Shown: in pieces, positions 35,809-46,664 of the stretch
Layout of the letters: each line of letters opens with the position of its first letter
Position numbering within the stretch: the stretch's first letter is position 1
Source: a virus
Lineage: Duplodnaviria; Caudoviricetes
Virus record (IMG/VR): IMGVR_UViG_3300034101_000324
Span: 1 to 62,649 of that record
Strand: one strand, 5' to 3'
Length of the DNA stretch: 62,649 bases
The notes under the pieces: generated by a model
Told to the model about the DNA's origin: nothing
Databases searched by the model: none
Seen by the model: only the letters and a program-made list of their open reading frames with translations
Position numbers and translations under genes: made by a program

Positions 35809-36192
35809 ATGGCTCACTTTGCAGAACTTGATGGAAACAATGTCGTGCTTCGCGTAGTCGTTGTGGCTAACAAGAACACAGCAGACGCTAACGGTGTTGA
35901 AAAGGAATACATCGGGCAGGCGTATTGCGAACGACTGTTTGGTGGTACGTGGAAGCAAACTTCCTACAACGCCAACTTCCGCAAAAATTACGCGGGTATT
36001 GGCTACACCTACCATGAAGACATTGACGCTTTTGCTCCGCCGCAGCCGTTCCCGTCTTGGACGTTGAACCCGGATACGGCTATGTGGGAGGCACCAATCC
36101 CAATGCCGGTGTCTGAAGACGGCACGATCTACCTGTGGAACGAAACTACCCAGTCGTGGGATGTGTATACGCCGCCGGAGTCCACGCCATGA
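35809..36192 (+). CDS. Conserved fibre-associated protein
   Basis: MAHFAELD...WKQTSYN..FRKNYAGIGYTY...PFPSW. Confidence 0.8.
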   Translation: MAHFAELDGNNVVLRVVVVANKNTADANGVEKEYIGQAYCERLFGGTWKQTSYNANFRKNYAGIGYTYHEDIDAFAPPQPFPSWTLNPDTAMWEAPIPMPVSEDGTIYLWNETTQSWDVYTPPESTP

Positions 36193-36677
36193 TGACCCTA
36201 GTCAGTACGTTTCTGTCTTTCCTTGCGGGTGGACTGCCCAAAATCTTGTCGATCTTCCAAGACCGGCAGGATAAGAAGCATGAGTTGGCCCTTGTCGCTG
36301 CCCAGAAAGAACGTGAGTTGGCTTTGGCCGAGCGCGGCTTTATCGCGCAGGCAAGGGTCGAAGAAATCAAGTTGGATCAGATCCAGACTCAGACCGCTGC
36401 CGAGGAACGTCAGGCGCTCTACCAACACGATGTCGAAATTGGCAAGGGTGCGTCTCAATGGATGATCAATCTTCGCGCTTCGGTGCGTCCGGTCGTGACT
36501 TACATCTTCGTACTGGAACTCGTGGCGCTGAATGTCGCCGGGGTTTGGTATGCGTACACCACGGGCATCCCGTTTGCGATTGCAATGGAGAATGTCTTCT
36601 CGGACGACGAGATGTTGATTCTAAGTTCAATTATCGCCTTCTGGTTCGGGACGCAAGCATTCCAGAAAAAGGGATAA
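36189..36677 (+). CDS. Putative holin (multi-TM)
   Basis: QDKKHEL...SVRPVVTY...AFWFG; directly upstream of the lysozyme. Confidence 0.7.
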   Translation: MMTLVSTFLSFLAGGLPKILSIFQDRQDKKHELALVAAQKERELALAERGFIAQARVEEIKLDQIQTQTAAEERQALYQHDVEIGKGASQWMINLRASVRPVVTYIFVLELVALNVAGVWYAYTTGIPFAIAMENVFSDDEMLILSSIIAFWFGTQAFQKKG

Positions 36678-36680
36678 GCG

Positions 36681-37169
36681 GTGAAGGTCAGCCCCGCCGC
36701 CATCGACATGATCAAACACCACGAGGGGGTAAGGAATAAGCCTTACCGCTGCCCTGCCCTCTTGTGGACTGTTGGTGTCGGCCATGTGATTGACCCTACC
36801 CACGCGGCAGTAAAGTATGAGGAGCGCAAGAATCTACCGATACCCCAAGGCTGGGATCGCATCCTTACGATGGGAGAGGTGGATACTATTCTTGCTGAAG
36901 ACCTTCGCAGGTTTGAGCGTGGTGTTCTTCGACTTTGCCCTGCTTCTGCTGGCAATCAGGGAGTCTTCGATGCTCTCGTATCTTTTGCCTTCAACGTGGG
37001 TCTTGGCAATTTGCAGCGTAGTTCGCTGCGGATGAAGACCAACCGGGGCGACCTTGACGAAGCCGCTGACGAGTTCCTGAAATGGACGAAGGCTGGTGGT
37101 AGAGTACTGCCGGGATTGGTAAAAAGGCGCAACGACGAACGTGCGTTGTATCTGTCAGGAGTTGCCTAG
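36681..37169 (+). CDS. Endolysin, GH24 lysozyme
   Basis: HEG...YRCPA..WTVGVGH; FDALVSFAFNVG; GLVKRR..E. Confidence 0.93.
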   Translation: MKVSPAAIDMIKHHEGVRNKPYRCPALLWTVGVGHVIDPTHAAVKYEERKNLPIPQGWDRILTMGEVDTILAEDLRRFERGVLRLCPASAGNQGVFDALVSFAFNVGLGNLQRSSLRMKTNRGDLDEAADEFLKWTKAGGRVLPGLVKRRNDERALYLSGVA

Positions 37170-39464
37170 ATGCCCTTACAGAAACTGGAACTGCGCCCCG
37201 GCGTAAACCGTGAATCGACTAGCTATGCCAACGAGGGCGGCTTCTTTGCTGGTGACAAGATTCGGTTTCGCTCTGGTTACGCTGAAAAACTCGGCGGCTG
37301 GCAGTCTATTAATGTTAACGGCAGTACGTTTAAAGGCGTGTGCCGAATGCTGTGGAATTGGATATCCACACTCAGCCAAAACTTGTTGGGGCTTGGCACC
37401 AACCAGAAAGTCTATGTGGAACTCGGTGGTCAATACCATGACATCACCCCACTGGGTAACTCGCTAAACCTTTCACAAAACCCTTTCTCGGTGACTTCGG
37501 GAAGCCGCCTTGTAACAGTAACGGCTTCTATACATGGGTCGTCAATTGGCACTTACGTTGATCTTTCCGGAGCCACTGCGGTTGCCAGTCTGACGTTGAA
37601 TGGGCAGTACGAGATTCAGTCGGTACCTACTGCAAACACGTTCATCATTTACGCTTCAGCCACAGCGAGTTCCACTACAACAGGTGGCGGGTCGCTGGTT
37701 ATAGCTAAGTTTGATATCAATGCCGGTGTGGATGTTTTTACCACTACGGTGGGTTGGGGTGGTCCGCCTTGGGGTGCCGGTGAGTGGGGCGCGGCTTCTG
37801 GCGGTGGGGGCGAGTCCATGCGCCTCTGGTCCATGTTTAACTACGGTGACGACCTCCTTTTTGCCCAGCGTAACGGTGAGATTTATTTCTGGACGTTGAA
37901 CACGACTTCGTGGCCCCGTGCAGTTACGCTTGAAGAAAAGACCAATACCGTTACCAAGACTATTACTACGGCTACTGCGGCTTCTGGTGCATTGACGCTT
38001 GTCGTTGCGGATGCAACCGGTATTAATACTGGATCGGTTATTTATGGTAGTGGCGTGGTCTCGGGCACCTATGTCACTACGGCTTGGACAGGCGGGGTCA
38101 CGGTCAATATTTCTCAAGCCACGACAAGTTCTTTGACGGCTACCTCTGTTGCATTTAGCTATTCAGGGCGGCAAGTACCTAATGAAGTGGCGATGATTAT
38201 TGACTCGCCAGTTAGTGACTTTGTGCTTTGTTGCGGCTCTACGCCCTACAACCCAATTAATTTTAGCACCGCATTTAATCCGTTGCTGGTGCGTTGGTCA
38301 GATCAGGGCAACGTTTATGAATGGGTGCCGGAAGTTACTAATCAGTCCGGTGAACAGACTCTTTCGCACGGTTCATACATTGTTACAGCCATCAATACTC
38401 GTCAGGAAATCCTGATCTGGACAGATACGGCTATATTCTCTACGCAGTACGTTGGTCCGCCGTTTGTGTGGAATTTCAGTCTGCTAGACCAAGATATATC
38501 AATTGCTTCGCAAAACTCGGCGTTGACCGTGAACAACGTGGTCTACTGGATGGGCCGCGATAAGTTCTTTATGTACTCAGGGCGCGTTGAGACGCTGCCT
38601 TGCACACTTCGCCAGTTTGTCTATAACGATATCAACTACGATCAGTTGGATCAGGTTGTGGCGGGGGCTAACGAGGGCTTCAATGAAGTCTGGTGGTTCT
38701 ACCCGTCTGCTAATAGCCTGATCAATAACCGATATGTGATCTACAACTACCTTGAGCGCATTTGGTATTACGGCAACATCAATCGTTCATTCTGGTCAGA
38801 GCATTCGCAACGCAATTACCCGTTGGCGGCTTTTGGAATTCAAGCGGCGTTTCTTGCTACCGCGATCAATTCAACAGTCACTACGATTGCTTTGACTAAC
38901 GCAGACTCTTACCCAGAGTCCGGCATCATACAGATTGATTCTGAAAAGATTAGTTACACGGCCAAATCTGGTAACACTCTGACAGGTTGTGTTCGTGGGG
39001 CAGCCGCTACAACAGCCGCTTCTCATGAACAATATACTGCCGTGCCGTTTAATACTCCCAATCAAGTCATGCTGCACGAAGTGGGTAACGACGATGCGTC
39101 GGTCAGTCCCCCTGTACCTATTGAAGCATTCATCGAAACTTCAGATTTCGATATTCAGGATGGGCAGAATTTTGGTTACGTCTGGCGTATGTTGCCTGAC
39201 CTTAACTTCACGGGTTCATCTGCTAGCAGTCCGACAGTTACTCTGACAGTCAAGCCGAGGCAAAACTCAGGTAGTAATTACACGGCGGCAGATGCACCGA
39301 CCGTAACTCGTACATCTGTTATCCCGATTCAGCAGTATACGGGGCAGGTATATACAAGAGTTCGGGGTCGTCAAATGGCGTTCCGCGTGGATTCAACTGA
39401 CCTTGGCGTTGCATGGCAGATGGGTATGATGCGTATTGATGTCCGTCCGGATGGGCGTCGGTAA
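37170..39464 (+). CDS. Tail protein (tail tubular B / P22 gp10-like)
   Basis: Large beta-rich protein, VRWSDQ; precedes the internal virion genes. Confidence 0.7.
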   Translation: MPLQKLELRPGVNRESTSYANEGGFFAGDKIRFRSGYAEKLGGWQSINVNGSTFKGVCRMLWNWISTLSQNLLGLGTNQKVYVELGGQYHDITPLGNSLNLSQNPFSVTSGSRLVTVTASIHGSSIGTYVDLSGATAVASLTLNGQYEIQSVPTANTFIIYASATASSTTTGGGSLVIAKFDINAGVDVFTTTVGWGGPPWGAGEWGAASGGGGESMRLWSMFNYGDDLLFAQRNGEIYFWTLNTTSWPRAVTLEEKTNTVTKTITTATAASGALTLVVADATGINTGSVIYGSGVVSGTYVTTAWTGGVTVNISQATTSSLTATSVAFSYSGRQVPNEVAMIIDSPVSDFVLCCGSTPYNPINFSTAFNPLLVRWSDQGNVYEWVPEVTNQSGEQTLSHGSYIVTAINTRQEILIWTDTAIFSTQYVGPPFVWNFSLLDQDISIASQNSALTVNNVVYWMGRDKFFMYSGRVETLPCTLRQFVYNDINYDQLDQVVAGANEGFNEVWWFYPSANSLINNRYVIYNYLERIWYYGNINRSFWSEHSQRNYPLAAFGIQAAFLATAINSTVTTIALTNADSYPESGIIQIDSEKISYTAKSGNTLTGCVRGAAATTAASHEQYTAVPFNTPNQVMLHEVGNDDASVSPPVPIEAFIETSDFDIQDGQNFGYVWRMLPDLNFTGSSASSPTVTLTVKPRQNSGSNYTAADAPTVTRTSVIPIQQYTGQVYTRVRGRQMAFRVDSTDLGVAWQMGMMRIDVRPDGRR

Positions 39465-40078
39465 TGACTACTCCACGCGGCGTTGTCGCTCCGAATCTTC
39501 CAATCGCCCCAGCTACATGGGACCAGCGATATCAAGATCAGTTCATGAACGTCCTGCGTCTTTACTTCAACCAAATATCAAACCGGATCAATGCACCGAC
39601 TCCGCACGCTTCCTATTTTGATACGACGACACAAACTAATCCGGTTGCCGATGCAGTCAATCTTTTTATGTACAACTCGGTAGTTTCGGATTACGAAGTT
39701 ACTCGCGGTACGCCAACCTCCAAGATTTTTGTTGCCAATACTGGGGTCTATAACTTTCAGTTCTCGGCGCAGTTGGACAAGACCGGTGGTTCGGCAAGCG
39801 CGGTTTATATATGGCCTCGGGTCAACGGAGTAAATCTTCCAGACTCGGCTACCAAGATTGTCATTGACGGTCCGAATAACGAGATCGTGGCTGCTTGGAA
39901 CTTTGTATTGGTTTTAAAAGCTAACGACTACTTTGAGTTGGCTTGGGAGTCTTCAGACACTAATGTGGTCATCCCATACGTAGCCGCAACCGGTAACATC
40001 CCGGCCATCCCGTCCATTATCCTGACGGTCTCGTGGGTGTCGAACTATGGCTCGGCTATTTATCAGGCCGCCACGTGA
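39464..40078 (+). CDS. Tail-associated protein
   Basis: NVLRLYFNQ helix plus a C1q-like beta C-terminus (GVYNFQFSAQ). Confidence 0.65.
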   Translation: MTTPRGVVAPNLPIAPATWDQRYQDQFMNVLRLYFNQISNRINAPTPHASYFDTTTQTNPVADAVNLFMYNSVVSDYEVTRGTPTSKIFVANTGVYNFQFSAQLDKTGGSASAVYIWPRVNGVNLPDSATKIVIDGPNNEIVAAWNFVLVLKANDYFELAWESSDTNVVIPYVAATGNIPAIPSIILTVSWVSNYGSAIYQAAT

Positions 40079-40113
40079 TACTATTTAGGCTAACTTGACC
40101 CCGTGGGGGAAGT

Positions 40114-42915
40114 ATGTACAACAACGACCCGAAATACATGAATCCTCCCGAGGCAGGACTTGCCTCCCTTCTGTCCTCTCGTGGCCGGAACGGAGATTCT
40201 GTGCTCGTTCACATGGCTCCCGAAGAGGTTCAGGGCTTACAGAAACTTGCCTTGGCCCACGGTGGTAGCCTGACGATTAACCCGGAAACGGGTCTGTACG
40301 AAGCCTCGTTCCTTAAGAAACTGCTTCCCACCATTATTGGTGCCATCCTGCCGGGCGTGCCGGGACTAGGTGAGTTTGCCAAAACTATCGGGTTTGGTAG
40401 TCAGGCGCTGGGTACGGCGTTTCTTGTTGGCGGGGCTACTAGCCTTATTGAAGGTGACCTGAAGAAGGGCTTGATGGCGGGTCTTGGCGCGTATGGTGGT
40501 GCCAACCTTGCCCAGTCGTTGCAGCAGGCAAATATTGCCGCCGATGTTCCCCGTGTTTCCGCTGATGAACTTGCTAAAACCAATCAGGCTATGGAGGCTG
40601 CAAAAGCCACAATTGGTGCCAAACCAGTTTACAACCCGACTGGTACTGAGACTGATGGGCTTGACTTCTTTAAGTCGGCTAATGCGTTTAAGGGCGCACC
40701 GACTGCTGGCGATCTGGCTATTGGTAGGCAGGCCATAGCCTCGGGTGCTACGACACCGGACCAAATTCTTAACTACGTTCAGCCGACCAGTGCGTTTAGG
40801 GGTACTCCGACCCCTGCGGATCTTAGCGCCGGTCGTTCAGCCATTGCTGCTGATACAGGTATTGCTGGCATACTTGGTGGTGCTCAACGGCTTGTTTCGT
40901 CTCCCGGCGCGCGAACAGCGTTTGGTGAAGGCTTGGGCGGCGGCTTCCAGTCCCCGATGGCTCAGAACTTGTCCCGCTATGCCACCTTTGCTGGCGTAGC
41001 TGATGCCTTTACACCCGAAGTTGAAGTACCGGGTAGTAACCCTGATGACGATCTGGTGTACATGGCTGGCGACTTTAACCCCATGTATGGATACGGGCGT
41101 GAATACTCGTATTTAACTCCGGGTAAGTACTACAAGAAGACCAAGAAAGGTCTTGTTCCGTACAACCCTTACGCGATGGCTCCGGGTGTTGTTGGTGCCG
41201 CTGGCGGCGGTTTGATGCAAGCTGCACTCCCGCACGAATACCAGCCGATTCCTAATCCAAACCAAAACTATCCGTTATCAACAGTAACGCGATCAAATTA
41301 CTCTGCAAATTCTCCGCAGCCTCGTGAAGTGGTTGGCGGCTATGAGCCGAAGATTGATCCGTTTACAGGCGAAGAAAAGTTTGCAGAGGGCGGCCCAACT
41401 ACAAGTGGTGGGCGGGGTCCACTGGATGACCCGACTAATTATCCTCCTGTAGGCGTTGCTCCTCCCAAGGGGCTTCCGCTTGTAGAGCGTCCTTCTCCTA
41501 CAACTCCGTTGCCTACAGAACCGCCTGTTGGCCCTCCGCCTATAATCCTGCCCCCTGACAACCCGTTTGATCCGGCGCGTCAGCGGTACATGAATATGGT
41601 GAATGCTCCGCCCAAGCCTCCGGTTGATACGAAGGCTGTCATGGACTATGTGGCGGATTTAAATCGTCGTGCCAAGAACCCTGAGTTCATCGCATTCCCG
41701 CCGGGCGGGGGCGGTGGCGGCACGGGCACAGATCCAACTAAACCGCCTCCGGAAAAACCTGATCCTGACTGTCCGGCGGGCTATACGTATGACCGTGTTG
41801 CTGGCGCGTGCGTGCCTATTAAGGACGTAACTAATCCGCCTCCTCCGCCGCCAAGCCCACCGGGGCCGCCGGGGACTACGATTACGCCTCCTCCACCCAC
41901 CAAACCTCCTCCTAAAAAGAAGGATGAGCCTAAGAAGGATGAGCCTAAAAAGGACGAGCCTGCGAAGGACATTGATGACAACGAAAAGGATTTAATAGAA
42001 AAAATTACTGACTTCGGTCAGCAAACCCTGATAAACATGGGTTTGTCCTCTATTAATCCTTATCTTGGCCTTGCGTATTCCGCTTACCGGATGTTCCCGA
42101 AGGCTACGCAGAACAGGATTAAGAAGTTCTTTGGTCTCAAAGTTACAGACGAAAACGGTAATCCAATACCGGATTTGACTGAGGAAGAAAAAGCCGAAGA
42201 GAAAGCCAAACTTGAGGCCGAGATTAAGGCTGCGGCAGCCAAGGCTGAAGCAAACAAAACGCAGCCCCCTCCGTCAGGAGGCAGGGGTGGTGTGGGTATC
42301 CCCGGCGGTGGCCCCGGCGGTGGTCGTCCTGTCGGCGGTGGTCCTATTGCTGGCGGCGGGCGCTCTGGTCGAGTTGGCGTGGGCGGCGGTATTGGCGCAG
42401 CAAAGTATTACCGAAACCCGGATGGTACTTACGAGGACGAAGATGGCAATCCGGTAGACGAGAACGGGATGCCTATTCAAGATGCCCGCGTTGCCGCTAG
42501 ATCCGGTGGCCGTATCCGCGCTATGCAGGCTGGTGGCATGACCATGCCTCGTTCGCCGTTGCCGGAACCACAAAATCCGTACGGCGCTGCTGTCGGTGAG
42601 GACTACAACTTTGGGTTCTCAGGCGGTGGTGAAATGCCAACTGAGTACTTGGCTGGCGGTAAGTTGCTTGAAGGCGAAGGCGATGGGATGTCGGACAGCA
42701 TCCCTGCTGTGATTCGTGGTAAGGGTGTACAACGTGCTGCATTGGCTGACGGTGAATTCGTCGTACCGGCTGATGTTGTATCGCATCTCGGTAATGGCTC
42801 TACCAAAGCGGGAGCCAAGAAACTTTACAAAATGATGGATCGGATACGCGAGGCTAGGACTGGCAGAACACGCCAAGCCCCTGAAGTAAAGCCCGAGCGT
42901 TATCTGCCTGCCTAA
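40114..42915 (+). CDS. Internal virion / ejection protein, Pro-rich
   Basis: GRNGDSVLVH...TINPETGLYEA N-terminus; GDGMSDSIPA...LADGEFVVPADVV C-terminus. Confidence 0.7.
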   Translation: MYNNDPKYMNPPEAGLASLLSSRGRNGDSVLVHMAPEEVQGLQKLALAHGGSLTINPETGLYEASFLKKLLPTIIGAILPGVPGLGEFAKTIGFGSQALGTAFLVGGATSLIEGDLKKGLMAGLGAYGGANLAQSLQQANIAADVPRVSADELAKTNQAMEAAKATIGAKPVYNPTGTETDGLDFFKSANAFKGAPTAGDLAIGRQAIASGATTPDQILNYVQPTSAFRGTPTPADLSAGRSAIAADTGIAGILGGAQRLVSSPGARTAFGEGLGGGFQSPMAQNLSRYATFAGVADAFTPEVEVPGSNPDDDLVYMAGDFNPMYGYGREYSYLTPGKYYKKTKKGLVPYNPYAMAPGVVGAAGGGLMQAALPHEYQPIPNPNQNYPLSTVTRSNYSANSPQPREVVGGYEPKIDPFTGEEKFAEGGPTTSGGRGPLDDPTNYPPVGVAPPKGLPLVERPSPTTPLPTEPPVGPPPIILPPDNPFDPARQRYMNMVNAPPKPPVDTKAVMDYVADLNRRAKNPEFIAFPPGGGGGGTGTDPTKPPPEKPDPDCPAGYTYDRVAGACVPIKDVTNPPPPPPSPPGPPGTTITPPPPTKPPPKKKDEPKKDEPKKDEPAKDIDDNEKDLIEKITDFGQQTLINMGLSSINPYLGLAYSAYRMFPKATQNRIKKFFGLKVTDENGNPIPDLTEEEKAEEKAKLEAEIKAAAAKAEANKTQPPPSGGRGGVGIPGGGPGGGRPVGGGPIAGGGRSGRVGVGGGIGAAKYYRNPDGTYEDEDGNPVDENGMPIQDARVAARSGGRIRAMQAGGMTMPRSPLPEPQNPYGAAVGEDYNFGFSGGGEMPTEYLAGGKLLEGEGDGMSDSIPAVIRGKGVQRAALADGEFVVPADVVSHLGNGSTKAGAKKLYKMMDRIREARTGRTRQAPEVKPERYLPA

Positions 42916-42927
42916 TCGGGAGCGATC

Positions 42928-45072
42928 ATGGCCGAACCTACTGAACAAACACAAACAAATATTCCTAGCTGGCTTAAGGAGGCAATGCTTAAGCTTGTAG
43001 GAGACGCTCAGCGAATCTCCGGTCAGGGCTATCAGCCTTACGCTAGGCCGCGACTAGACGCGCAAGGCAAGCCGGTGTTGGATGCACAAGGTAAGCCGAT
43101 ACTTGATCCTATTCAGCGCGTTGAAGGGTTTAATCCGCTTCAAGAACAGGCGTTCCGTCAAATTGCTGGAATGCAGACTGCGGATCAGCTTACTCAAGCC
43201 ACGGGGCTTGCTGGTCTTGCCGGTGTAGATGCCCGAAGACTCAGTCAATACGATCCTGCCGCCGCTCAAAACTTTTATAACTCTCCTGAATTTCGGGAGA
43301 TGCAGACTCAATTTGAGCGAGTTGGCGCTGCCCCCTCGACGCAGTTTCAAATGCAGAGCCCGCAAGATGTTGCGGCTCAGCAGGTTGCTGCTGGTCGTAT
43401 GGGGCCAGTGCGAGACGTAGCAGCACAGCAATTTACTGCCCCGCAAATGGGGGCTTTTGAGCGTGTTGCTTCTGCATACGACTACACGCCGGAAAGAGTC
43501 TCGGGACCAGATCGTTATGAAATTGAACGCGCCAAAGGATATGAGTACGCCCAGTTAGGAATGACTCCGGCGGAGCGTGTTCGCGCCGCTAATCTTCGTG
43601 AATACCGAATGGGTCCAGCCGAGCGAGTCGGTACTGAACGCTTTGGTTTAGGCGCGATGCAGGAGTACATGACGCCCTATATGCAGAGCGTCGTGGATCG
43701 GCAAAAGCGAGCAGCCGTTCAAGATTACATGCGGGGTCTTCCTGCGTTAGGTGCGGCTGCTGCTCGTGCTGGTGGCCGTGGCGGTACTCGTGAGGCACTA
43801 CTTCAGTCTGAAGCTCAGCGTAATCTTGCTAATCAATTAGGTGATATTGAAGCAAAGGGTAGTCAGCAAGCGTACGAGCAAGCCTCTGGTCAGTTTGAAC
43901 GTGACCGTGCCGCAGCAATGCAGGCGGCTTTGGCTAATCAAGCGGCCACTCAAGATGTCGCCCGTCAAAATCTTCAGGCCGCGATGGGCATTCAGTCCTT
44001 GGGTGCTGGGCAGTCGCTTGAAGCGCAGCGTCTCAATCAGGCGATGGGGCTTACGGTTGGTCAGCAGAATCTTGCTGCCGAACAGTCTCGTCAACAGTTC
44101 ATGGGAACTCAGTCCCTTCAGGCGCAACTTGCTAATCAGCAAGCGGCTCAGCGTGAGGCTGATTTCTACAGAGCCAAGACAATGGAAGCAGCCTTGGCTA
44201 ACCAAGCGGCGTTCCAGCGTTCTGCGGAGTTTGGCGCTCAGCAAGCGATGCAAGCATCCTTGGCTAATCAGCAGGCTGGGTTAACTACTAATCAGCAAAA
44301 TCTGGCGGCACAACTTCAGACGCAAGGACTAACGGCGCAGCAAGCGATGGACGCTGCACGACTCAATCAAGCGGCTGATCTTACGATTGGGCAGCAAAAC
44401 TTGTCGGCAGAGCAGCAGGCGCGTCTGGCTAATCAGCAGTACGGAATGCAAGCAGCCCTTGCCAACCAGCAGATGGGTTACAACGTCGGTCAGCAGAACT
44501 TGCAATCACTGATCAACCAGTCGCAGTTTGGTGCGGGTCAGGGTCTCCAAGCCCAGCAGATGAATCAGTCTGCACAACTTCAGGCTCAGCAGCAGGCTCT
44601 GGCTCAGTTGGCTCAGGCCAATCAGTTCAGTCAGCAGAATGCCGCACAGCGTGCCCAGTATGGTCTGGCCGGTGCAAACCTTGCTGAACAGTCCCGTCAG
44701 TTTGGTGCTGGCCTTGGTATGCAAGGTCTTCAGCAGCAGTTGGCTGCGGCGGGTATGTTGGGCAACTTGGGTCAACAGCAGTATCAGCAACAGATGGGCA
44801 TTAACGCTGCTCAACTGGGCGCTGGTGGTCAGCAGCAGGCTCTCGGCCAAGAGTTGCTTAACATACAGTACCAAGACTTTATGAACCAACAGCAGCAGCC
44901 GTACAAACAGTTGGAGTTCATGTCAGGTATCCTGCGTGGACTTCCGGCGACCGGACAGACGCAGACGATGTATCAAGCGCCGGGTAGTTTGTTTGGACAG
45001 ATTGCTGGCGTAGGATTGGGACTTGGTAGCCTGTTTGGTGGCTTTGGTCAGACCACGGGCACGGGGAGATAA
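42928..45072 (+). CDS. Q/A-rich ejection (DNA pilot-like) protein
   Basis: YMTPYMQSVV; AxLANQ repeats; hydrophobic Gly-rich C-terminus. Confidence 0.7.
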   Translation: MAEPTEQTQTNIPSWLKEAMLKLVGDAQRISGQGYQPYARPRLDAQGKPVLDAQGKPILDPIQRVEGFNPLQEQAFRQIAGMQTADQLTQATGLAGLAGVDARRLSQYDPAAAQNFYNSPEFREMQTQFERVGAAPSTQFQMQSPQDVAAQQVAAGRMGPVRDVAAQQFTAPQMGAFERVASAYDYTPERVSGPDRYEIERAKGYEYAQLGMTPAERVRAANLREYRMGPAERVGTERFGLGAMQEYMTPYMQSVVDRQKRAAVQDYMRGLPALGAAAARAGGRGGTREALLQSEAQRNLANQLGDIEAKGSQQAYEQASGQFERDRAAAMQAALANQAATQDVARQNLQAAMGIQSLGAGQSLEAQRLNQAMGLTVGQQNLAAEQSRQQFMGTQSLQAQLANQQAAQREADFYRAKTMEAALANQAAFQRSAEFGAQQAMQASLANQQAGLTTNQQNLAAQLQTQGLTAQQAMDAARLNQAADLTIGQQNLSAEQQARLANQQYGMQAALANQQMGYNVGQQNLQSLINQSQFGAGQGLQAQQMNQSAQLQAQQQALAQLAQANQFSQQNAAQRAQYGLAGANLAEQSRQFGAGLGMQGLQQQLAAAGMLGNLGQQQYQQQMGINAAQLGAGGQQQALGQELLNIQYQDFMNQQQQPYKQLEFMSGILRGLPATGQTQTMYQAPGSLFGQIAGVGLGLGSLFGGFGQTTGTGR

Positions 45073-45074
45073 AC

Positions 45075-46661
45075 ATGGGTCCAGTTAGCGGCACGGGTCG
45101 AGCAATGATGGCTTCGCTTCAGCAGGCTATCAGCAAAGGTATGCCTCCCGATCAGGCTATTCAGTACGTCAAAGGCATGGCTACGCAGGGCGTGGCTCCC
45201 CTTACTGATTTGTACTCCATGATGAATCAGTTCCAACGACTGAAACAGCAACAGGTCAAGCCTCCGCAGACCCCGCCTACGATCAAAGATCAGTTGAATA
45301 TGCTGGATCAACAGCAGCAGATGCAGCCTCAACAAGGCAATATCCAACAGATGCAGGCAGGGGCACCGGCTCCTCAACCGATGGATCGTGGCCTTGGTGC
45401 TATCGACGCTGGCCGTATGGAGTATCCGCAGTTTGCCGGTGGTGGGATTGTTGCGTTTGAAGATGGTGGCACGGTGCGTATGGCTAACGGTACGCCGCCA
45501 TCTGTATTTGAAACTTCTGGAGCCCCCGTATCTATTTTTACAGATATATCTGAAGGGGAGTTTTTGTCAGATTCTGAAGAACAAGAACTCGGTAAGTTAT
45601 TAGAGTTGCGACGTAATGTTTTCTCGTCTCCATTTGTCGATCCGTCTTCGCTTGATTTATTGAAGCGTAGTGAAGGGCGATACAAAGAACTGATTGCAAA
45701 ACGAGAAGCAAGCAAGCGAAAAGATATTGAGTCTAGACAAGCGGCGGGAGTTGCTGCTGAAGCTCAACGTCGCGGCATAACTCTTCCTGCTACACCTGCT
45801 CCTCCTGCCGCTGGTGCAGGAACTAAACCTCCTGCTACAGGTGGTCAACGTCCTTCTGGTGGTGTTCAGTTAGGCGGTGGAGACTACGGCGACTTTGGTA
45901 GAGGCCGTAAAATACTGTCTGACATTGAAACTCAACTTAAGCCTGAAGCCGAAAAGACCCTTGAGCAGCGCCTTGCTGAGATAGATGCAATACAGGCAAA
46001 ACAAGGTATTGGCGAAGCCTCTCGTAAGCAGGGCGAGTACCTGACTAAGCGTGAAGCAGAAGCCGCAAAAGATCTGGCGGGTGACAAGCGCATGGCATTG
46101 GCACAGGCTGGTTTCGCTATGGCCGAGGCTGCATCACGTCGTGGCCGTGAGCGTACTGGGTTCTTGGGCGCTGCCGCTATTGGTGGAACCACGGGCACCA
46201 AGTTGTATCAGGCCGCACTTAAAGAGAACCGTGCGCTTAAGGACAGCATTGCCCAGAATCGGTTTGCCCTTGAGCAGGCAAATGAGTTACGCAAGACAGG
46301 TAACATTAGAGACGCGAACGCTTTGGAGAAAGAAGCCAAGAGCAATCTTCGCTCTCTTAACCTCGCTCGTGCTCAAAACGAGACGGCGATTGCTGAGTTC
46401 CAAGGCCGTGAGCGTGGGGCTGATCGTAGACTTGGAGCACAACTTGGTGCACAAGAAAAGAGATACGCTCAAGCTGCACAGATTGCTCAATCAAAACTTA
46501 TGCAGGGCGTTCTTGAACAAGCCCCAATACTTATACCGGGATTTGGTAAATTAAGCGTTGACGAGCAAGCAGCAGCATTGCAAAAACTTCTTGGCGCTTT
46601 GGCTGGCGGTTCTGGCGCTATGACTGGGTTGGGGACCATTGAAGGTATTGAGGAAGAATAA
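45075..46661 (+). CDS. Internal virion protein
   Basis: FAGGGIVAF motif; helical. Confidence 0.65.
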   Translation: MGPVSGTGRAMMASLQQAISKGMPPDQAIQYVKGMATQGVAPLTDLYSMMNQFQRLKQQQVKPPQTPPTIKDQLNMLDQQQQMQPQQGNIQQMQAGAPAPQPMDRGLGAIDAGRMEYPQFAGGGIVAFEDGGTVRMANGTPPSVFETSGAPVSIFTDISEGEFLSDSEEQELGKLLELRRNVFSSPFVDPSSLDLLKRSEGRYKELIAKREASKRKDIESRQAAGVAAEAQRRGITLPATPAPPAAGAGTKPPATGGQRPSGGVQLGGGDYGDFGRGRKILSDIETQLKPEAEKTLEQRLAEIDAIQAKQGIGEASRKQGEYLTKREAEAAKDLAGDKRMALAQAGFAMAEAASRRGRERTGFLGAAAIGGTTGTKLYQAALKENRALKDSIAQNRFALEQANELRKTGNIRDANALEKEAKSNLRSLNLARAQNETAIAEFQGRERGADRRLGAQLGAQEKRYAQAAQIAQSKLMQGVLEQAPILIPGFGKLSVDEQAAALQKLLGALAGGSGAMTGLGTIEGIEEE

Positions 46662-46664
46662 CCC

